Positions 59,440 to 64,000 of a stretch of 64,000 nt of DNA are shown here, in pieces. Made by a program: the position numbers and the translations under genes. Positions within the stretch are counted from its first letter, which is position 1, and each line of letters opens with the position of its first letter. Source of the DNA: a virus (Duplodnaviria > Caudoviricetes); IMG/VR virus record IMGVR_UViG_3300028591_000103, positions 1-64,000 of that record; one strand, written 5' to 3'. The notes beneath the pieces were generated by a model. That model ran no database searches. It saw only the letters and a list, made by a program, of their open reading frames with translations, and was not told the origin of the DNA.

Positions 59440-60684
59440 ATGAATGAACTTTTGCAATGCATTGATCAAATCGATCAATCTGTGAATGATGCTGAAATCA
59501 ATGTTCTCGAAGCTCTTATCGGATCATATGATAAAGCATTAATGATACTTCAAGAATGTGAAGTCTCTGATTATTCCGCCTTCGAAATTTTCCAGGAAGG
59601 TGAAAAGTGGGATAAGTTTAAGGAAGATACCAAAGCTCCCATTCTTGGAAATAAGGGTGAGAGTCTCATCAAACGTATTCTTATGATTATACCACGTTTG
59701 ATCCAAAAGATCGCTGCGCTTATAGCAAAAGCGTTTACAAGAAACAAAGCATCGAAACAAAAAATGGAAAACGATGTTCAAACATTGAAACAAGCGGTAC
59801 AAACTTCTGAACCGTTTGAAAAATTTGAACCAAATGAGTTTGAACCGAACAAATTTGAAGCTGAACCACAACAACAACCACAACAACAACCACAGCAACA
59901 ACCACAGATGCAAACAATCGAACCCCCGAAAAGAGATGAATCAGAACCACAAGCTTCTGGGAATGAAGAAACGAATTTAGAAGATGTTATTCTTCATGTC
60001 AAAGGTGCGACATTTTTCGGTCAAAAATTATGGGATCTTTCGAAGATTTTTGATAAGGATTCTGATTTAGAATCGCCAGCGATAAAAGTATCATTTTCAA
60101 TCCCAATGGAGTTATACGGCAAACAGGAAGCGAATGATAAAGTAAGGGAAGCACTTCATCAAGTTGATCAAACTATTAAACGTTTAGAGTATGAATATAA
60201 ACTTTTAGAACAGGGAAGGAAAGAAAGTCGCGAATTTCGTGTAAGAATCGGTGATGCTGTTGAAGTTTTTGAAAAAATGAAAGCGGTCTTTAATGAGAGA
60301 CATGACAAAAGAAACCAAACAATCAACACACTCAATAGTATCATTAAAGATCTTGACAAAGCAAATGCTGAATTCAAAAAGAAATACGACGCTAATGCTA
60401 TGAATTTCCTTCGTGGATTTCAAGCTAGTTCAATGGTCATGTCAGAAGAACAATGGGACGAATATAATCGTAAAGAAAATGCGTGTCTTCAGCTTTGGTT
60501 AAATTATACACAAGGAGTGTCCGAAATCGTATCATTGATGTCGAATATAACAGCTACTGAGATGAGAGTGTGGGATAATAACTACAAAGTCGTCATGGAT
60601 GCTGTCAATGAGATTAAAAATAATAATCAATCGGATTTGGGCAAAACCAAAACCATTAATTTGTCCAAACGTAATACCAACTAA
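59440..60684 (+). CDS. Internal head protein (paralog family with 38759-39823)
   Basis: GGAGG RBS before ATG 59440; ILQEC and IFQEG motifs; FEP and PQQQ repeats. Confidence 0.7.
   Translation: MNELLQCIDQIDQSVNDAEINVLEALIGSYDKALMILQECEVSDYSAFEIFQEGEKWDKFKEDTKAPILGNKGESLIKRILMIIPRLIQKIAALIAKAFTRNKASKQKMENDVQTLKQAVQTSEPFEKFEPNEFEPNKFEAEPQQQPQQQPQQQPQMQTIEPPKRDESEPQASGNEETNLEDVILHVKGATFFGQKLWDLSKIFDKDSDLESPAIKVSFSIPMELYGKQEANDKVREALHQVDQTIKRLEYEYKLLEQGRKESREFRVRIGDAVEVFEKMKAVFNERHDKRNQTINTLNSIIKDLDKANAEFKKKYDANAMNFLRGFQASSMVMSEEQWDEYNRKENACLQLWLNYTQGVSEIVSLMSNITATEMRVWDNNYKVVMDAVNEIKNNNQSDLGKTKTINLSKRNTN
59806..59910 (+). repeat. Short coding tandem repeats (FEPNK-like, PQQQ x3)
   Basis: EPFEKFEPNEFEPNKFEAEPQQQPQQQPQQQPQ. 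Confidence 0.7.
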
Positions 60685-60711
60685 ATACTATTTAAAAGGA
60701 GCTGAATGATT

Positions 60712-60837
60712 ATGGCAAGACCACGTAAAACGGAAAGACCGGAAACAGTGCTTGATGCAATGGGTCCGGACATGAATGAAGAAACCTCCAACGGCAGAGG
60801 TGAAGATGAAGTAGAAGAGGAGGAAACCAAAACATGA
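60712..60837 (+). CDS. 41-aa acidic peptide coupled to the amidase
   Basis: AAAAGGAG RBS; stop overlaps the amidase start (ATGA). Confidence 0.6.
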   Translation: MARPRKTERPETVLDAMGPDMNEETSNGRGEDEVEEEETKT

Positions 60838-62867
60838 GCAACTTCACAAATTCTCCACTCGTGTCATACACACGAATTTCACCGAACAGAAACTCCCCCA
60901 GAACAGAGGACAAGATCACAAAGATTATTGTCCATCATATGGCAGGTGTTGGTTCTGTTGAATCATTTGGAGAAATCGTAGCATCAGAAGCAAGACAGAT
61001 GTCTGCAAACTATGCAATCGGAAATGACGGTCGCATCGGTCTTTATTGTGAAGAGAAAGACCGTTGCTGGTGTTCTTCTTCCAGATGGGCAGACAACCGC
61101 GGTATCGCGATCGAAGTATCCAATTCGAAACTCGGTGAACCATGGCCAATTTCTGACAAAGCTTGGAAATCATTGGTCGAACTCTGCGCAGATATCTGCA
61201 AGAGAAATGGTATTCCAAAAATGACATATACAGGAGATACCAACGGTGTACTGATGTTTCACCGTTGGTTTGCTCCAACAGGCTGTGTTCCAATTAACAC
61301 GACTGAAGTATTGACTCGTGAAGGTTGGGTTCCTGTCAGAGATATTCAAATCGGTGAAATCATCGCAACTGTATCTCCAAAGGATTTCTCAATTCATTTT
61401 GATCGGGTTGAGAATCTGGTTCCTGTTCATAAGGACACAGTATTCACAACAAATGACATGAGTGTCACAAAAGAACACAGAGTTTTGTTCTCTGACATGA
61501 CAGGATGTGGATATCGTCTGGATGAATATCAAAAGATTTGTGATCGTTCATTCACGATTCCATCAGCAGGTTCATATGGTGCAAAAGGAATGGATATCAC
61601 TTCATCTGAAATGATATTCTTACTTGAGATGCAACGTGTCGGTGTGTATGATGAAAATAAGAAGTCTCTTGAATTCACATACATCATGGAATCCAAAGAA
61701 CAATACTTCTATGGATTACTCCAGAATCTCGGATATGAATTTACGAAACATCAGGATGATTTGGGACCGGTCAGATTTTGTGTCACCGACCCAAGAGCAT
61801 GGGAGCTTTGTAAATATTATCTTTCCGGAAAAGACTTCAACTGGAAATGGTTGGAAATGAATCCAACACAATTCTCCTATTTCATTTATAAAGCAACATC
61901 TCATGTTGATACTGGATGGAGTAGAAAATACACATCGGATTCCATGGTGAATGTCGATATCGTTCAAGCACTGTGCGCACTTAATGAACGTGGAACAAAA
62001 TTCATCTCTTCTGAGAAGACATTATATATTGATAAAGCTTTCCGTATTATCGAACCTGGTAAGAAAACATCTACAGAAGATGATGTCGATGTTGCATGTG
62101 TTACCGTGAAATCCGGATGCTTCCTGATGAGACAAAACAATGTCACAACCATAACTGGAAATTGTCCCGGTGAGTATATCTTCTCACGTGCACAACAGCT
62201 CTGTGATGAAGTCAACGCATTACTCCCCGAAGTGGATCCTCCGGTTATTCCGACAGATTTTGTTCCTGGTGCATTGGTGAGCATTGCACCTGACGCAGTG
62301 TATTACAATGGTGCGGCGATTCCGGATTGGGTGAAAGCTCAAAGATGGTATATCGATAGTATCTCCGGAGATCGAGCAGTTCTCGGAAAGAATGAAACTG
62401 GTAATTCAGATATTCATTCCGCTGTCAGTACAAAGTATCTGACACTGATTCAGAATGCTGCAGCACACGAATCTGTCCGAACCGTGTCATATCTCACAAG
62501 ACTCCAGAAGGGTGAACCGATTTACTCTATTTCTCAGAACAAAGTAAAACGGATTTCGATTATCACTGTTGGAAGTATTTATACTATTATTGAAGAAAAT
62601 ACAATCGATGGTGTTAAATATGGAAAACTGAAATCTGGCGCAGGTTGGGTCAAACGCGGTGTTGACGAAAAGGTTGTTGATAAAACGATCAATGTCGGTG
62701 ATACTGTCGTACCAATCACGAACAGATTATATGGTGACGAAGGAACCTTTATAATTCTTGAGAATTCGTATAAGGTACTCCGCGTGGATGGAAACCGTGT
62801 TGTGATTTCTTCAGATGGAAAGAATGCCACGGCAGCAGTCAATGCAATGAATCTTAAGAAAATTTAA
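60834..62867 (+). CDS. N-acetylmuramoyl-L-alanine amidase endolysin (Amidase_2) with intein and C-terminal cell-wall-binding modules
   Basis: IIVHHMAG, SANYAIG, AIEVSN, HRWFAPTG|CPG motifs; YGKLKSGAGW module. Confidence 0.9.
   Translation: MSNFTNSPLVSYTRISPNRNSPRTEDKITKIIVHHMAGVGSVESFGEIVASEARQMSANYAIGNDGRIGLYCEEKDRCWCSSSRWADNRGIAIEVSNSKLGEPWPISDKAWKSLVELCADICKRNGIPKMTYTGDTNGVLMFHRWFAPTGCVPINTTEVLTREGWVPVRDIQIGEIIATVSPKDFSIHFDRVENLVPVHKDTVFTTNDMSVTKEHRVLFSDMTGCGYRLDEYQKICDRSFTIPSAGSYGAKGMDITSSEMIFLLEMQRVGVYDENKKSLEFTYIMESKEQYFYGLLQNLGYEFTKHQDDLGPVRFCVTDPRAWELCKYYLSGKDFNWKWLEMNPTQFSYFIYKATSHVDTGWSRKYTSDSMVNVDIVQALCALNERGTKFISSEKTLYIDKAFRIIEPGKKTSTEDDVDVACVTVKSGCFLMRQNNVTTITGNCPGEYIFSRAQQLCDEVNALLPEVDPPVIPTDFVPGALVSIAPDAVYYNGAAIPDWVKAQRWYIDSISGDRAVLGKNETGNSDIHSAVSTKYLTLIQNAAAHESVRTVSYLTRLQKGEPIYSISQNKVKRISIITVGSIYTIIEENTIDGVKYGKLKSGAGWVKRGVDEKVVDKTINVGDTVVPITNRLYGDEGTFIILENSYKVLRVDGNRVVISSDGKNATAAVNAMNLKKI
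61284..62162 (+). mobile_element. Intein (293 aa) with degenerate LAGLIDADG-like insert
   Basis: Starts CVPINTTEVLTREGW; block B VTKEHRV; ends VACVTVKSGCFLMRQNNVTTITGN followed by Cys+1. Confidence 0.9.
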
Positions 62868-62879
62868 AAAAAAATAAGG

Positions 62880-62901
62880 ATGGGGGCGAAAAGCCCCCAT
62901 C
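62880..62901. terminator. Bidirectional terminator
   Basis: gatgggggc gaaaa gcccccatc between convergent genes. Confidence 0.8.
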
Positions 62902-62903
62902 TC

Positions 62904-63191
62904 TTATGATCGATATGTTATCGTCGATGATGACGTGATTACCGTCATCACGCATAAACCATGATCGGATGTATCGAATACTTTCGACCATCCAATCATG
63001 ATATGATCGAAATCATCGTGGTTTATCAATACACGATGATTCGGAGAATCTGCAAAGACCCAACCTTTTTCTGTCAGAGTCATCTGCTCTTGAATTCTTC
63101 CATACTTGATATGGACGATTTTCACGTCCGAGATTGTGAACGCGATCCCATGAATAAACATTGGGATCGTTTCCGATAATTTCTTTTGCAT
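62904..63191 (-). CDS. Hypothetical protein
   Basis: 95 aa; AAAGGAG RBS; upstream promoter motif. Confidence 0.6.
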   Translation of the reverse strand: MQKKLSETIPMFIHGIAFTISDVKIVHIKYGRIQEQMTLTEKGWVFADSPNHRVLINHDDFDHIMIGWSKVFDTSDHGLCVMTVITSSSTITYRS

Positions 63192-63243
63192 AATTTTTGT
63201 CTCCTTTGTTTTTTAATATTTGAATACTTCTATATCTTGTATT

Positions 63244-63258
63244 CATATTAATTATATA
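63244..63258 (-). promoter_or_regulatory. Candidate phage promoter TATATA-N-TT-N3-ATG
   Basis: TATATAATTAATATG, identical 15-mer to 2976-2990. Confidence 0.55.
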
Positions 63259-63351
63259 CATATGAAATTAAGCTTTTTGCCATATATACATTATTTTTTC
63301 GGATGACGGAGAACGATTGGTCAACCAATTTTGTGTCAGGAGGATTTAATA

Positions 63352-64000
63352 ATGGATGATAGAAAAATGAATTCCAGACCACCGAAACCTCTGAAGTATT
63401 CGGAGGATACTGTACTATTCGATGTACGATATTCTCGTAGTCCGGAATCTTTTGAGGTTATCACATGGAATCCAATTACAAGACAATTGGAAGTCACTTA
63501 TGAAGAACCGATTATTGATATCTGGTTTTTGAAGGAAGAATTTCGCACAAACGATTATCAGATATCCCAAGTAGAAATGGATAAATGTTATCCGTTCTAT
63601 TGTAAACCGTCCCAAGTTTCAAAAGTAATTGCACAAGAGGTTGGTGGGAAATGGGCTGATATATATGAAGAAAATAAAGAGGTAATGAGCAAAAATGATT
63701 TATCCAGAAAGATGTGCGAATGTCCATGGGTATTTAAAGCGGATTTTGATCCACCGGTATATTTCAGAATGCGGTGGTTTGAACAATACGGCAGTAAGAT
63801 TGATATGACGAAAGTCTCTGAGTCATATCTTGATATTGAGGTTGATTCCATTGATAGAATCGTCAATGCCAGAGATATCAATGATTCATCGAATCCAATC
63901 AATGCAGTTTCTTTGATTTTACCACACGTCAATATTTGCGCATTGTTAGTATTGGCTCCGCGTCCCAGACATAAACTTGATAAAAAATTCTGGGGATTGT
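63352..64000 (+). CDS. Family B DNA polymerase, N-terminal/3'-5' exonuclease region (partial; absent from ORF track)
   Basis: AGGAGG RBS; open frame to the window edge; YLDIEVDS ExoI motif followed by NPINAVSLI. Confidence 0.75.
   Translation, partial: MDDRKMNSRPPKPLKYSEDTVLFDVRYSRSPESFEVITWNPITRQLEVTYEEPIIDIWFLKEEFRTNDYQISQVEMDKCYPFYCKPSQVSKVIAQEVGGKWADIYEENKEVMSKNDLSRKMCECPWVFKADFDPPVYFRMRWFEQYGSKIDMTKVSESYLDIEVDSIDRIVNARDINDSSNPINAVSLILPHVNICALLVLAPRPRHKLDKKFWGL

Noticed and set aside
1-64000. CRISPR array, diversity-generating retroelement, group I/II intron, transposase
   Set aside because: No regularly spaced repeats, reverse transcriptase, TR/VR pair, intron core or DDE motifs seen by eye.
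1-64000. Active stop-codon recoding in this window
   Set aside because: Genes are long, intact and densely packed under the standard code.

Overview
This window is a structural/morphogenesis segment of a jumbo myovirus of the phiKZ/AR9(PBS1)-related type, most likely infecting a Gram-positive clostridial host (strong AAGGAGG ribosome-binding sites; CHAP and Amidase_2 lysins sharing a YGKLKSGAGW cell-wall module). Tail and baseplate genes: baseplate wedge, gp25-like protein, tail-fibre genes, and two tandem giant paralogous tail proteins (~2600 aa) with different peptidoglycan-hydrolase cargoes. Head genes: neck protein, major capsid protein, prohead protease and many internal head proteins carrying a recurring (I/V/F)-Q-E maturation motif. 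Other genes: RusA, a split RNA polymerase beta C-terminal subunit, two endolysins and the start of a family B DNA polymerase. Most notable observations: (1) a C39-like protease inserted between duplicated G-x-G-D sites in one giant tail protein, suggesting a self-processing polyprotein pair; (2) an intein at the zinc-ligand Cys of an endolysin; (3) two promoter-driven, highly structured candidate ncRNAs; (4) a type IV pilin-like FTLIEL N-terminus directly behind a predicted prohead-protease site; (5) a Trp/Tyr-rich repeat module shared by the capsid C-terminus and the tail fibre; (6) two candidate phage promoter classes. All calls come from manual motif recognition; no database searches were run.
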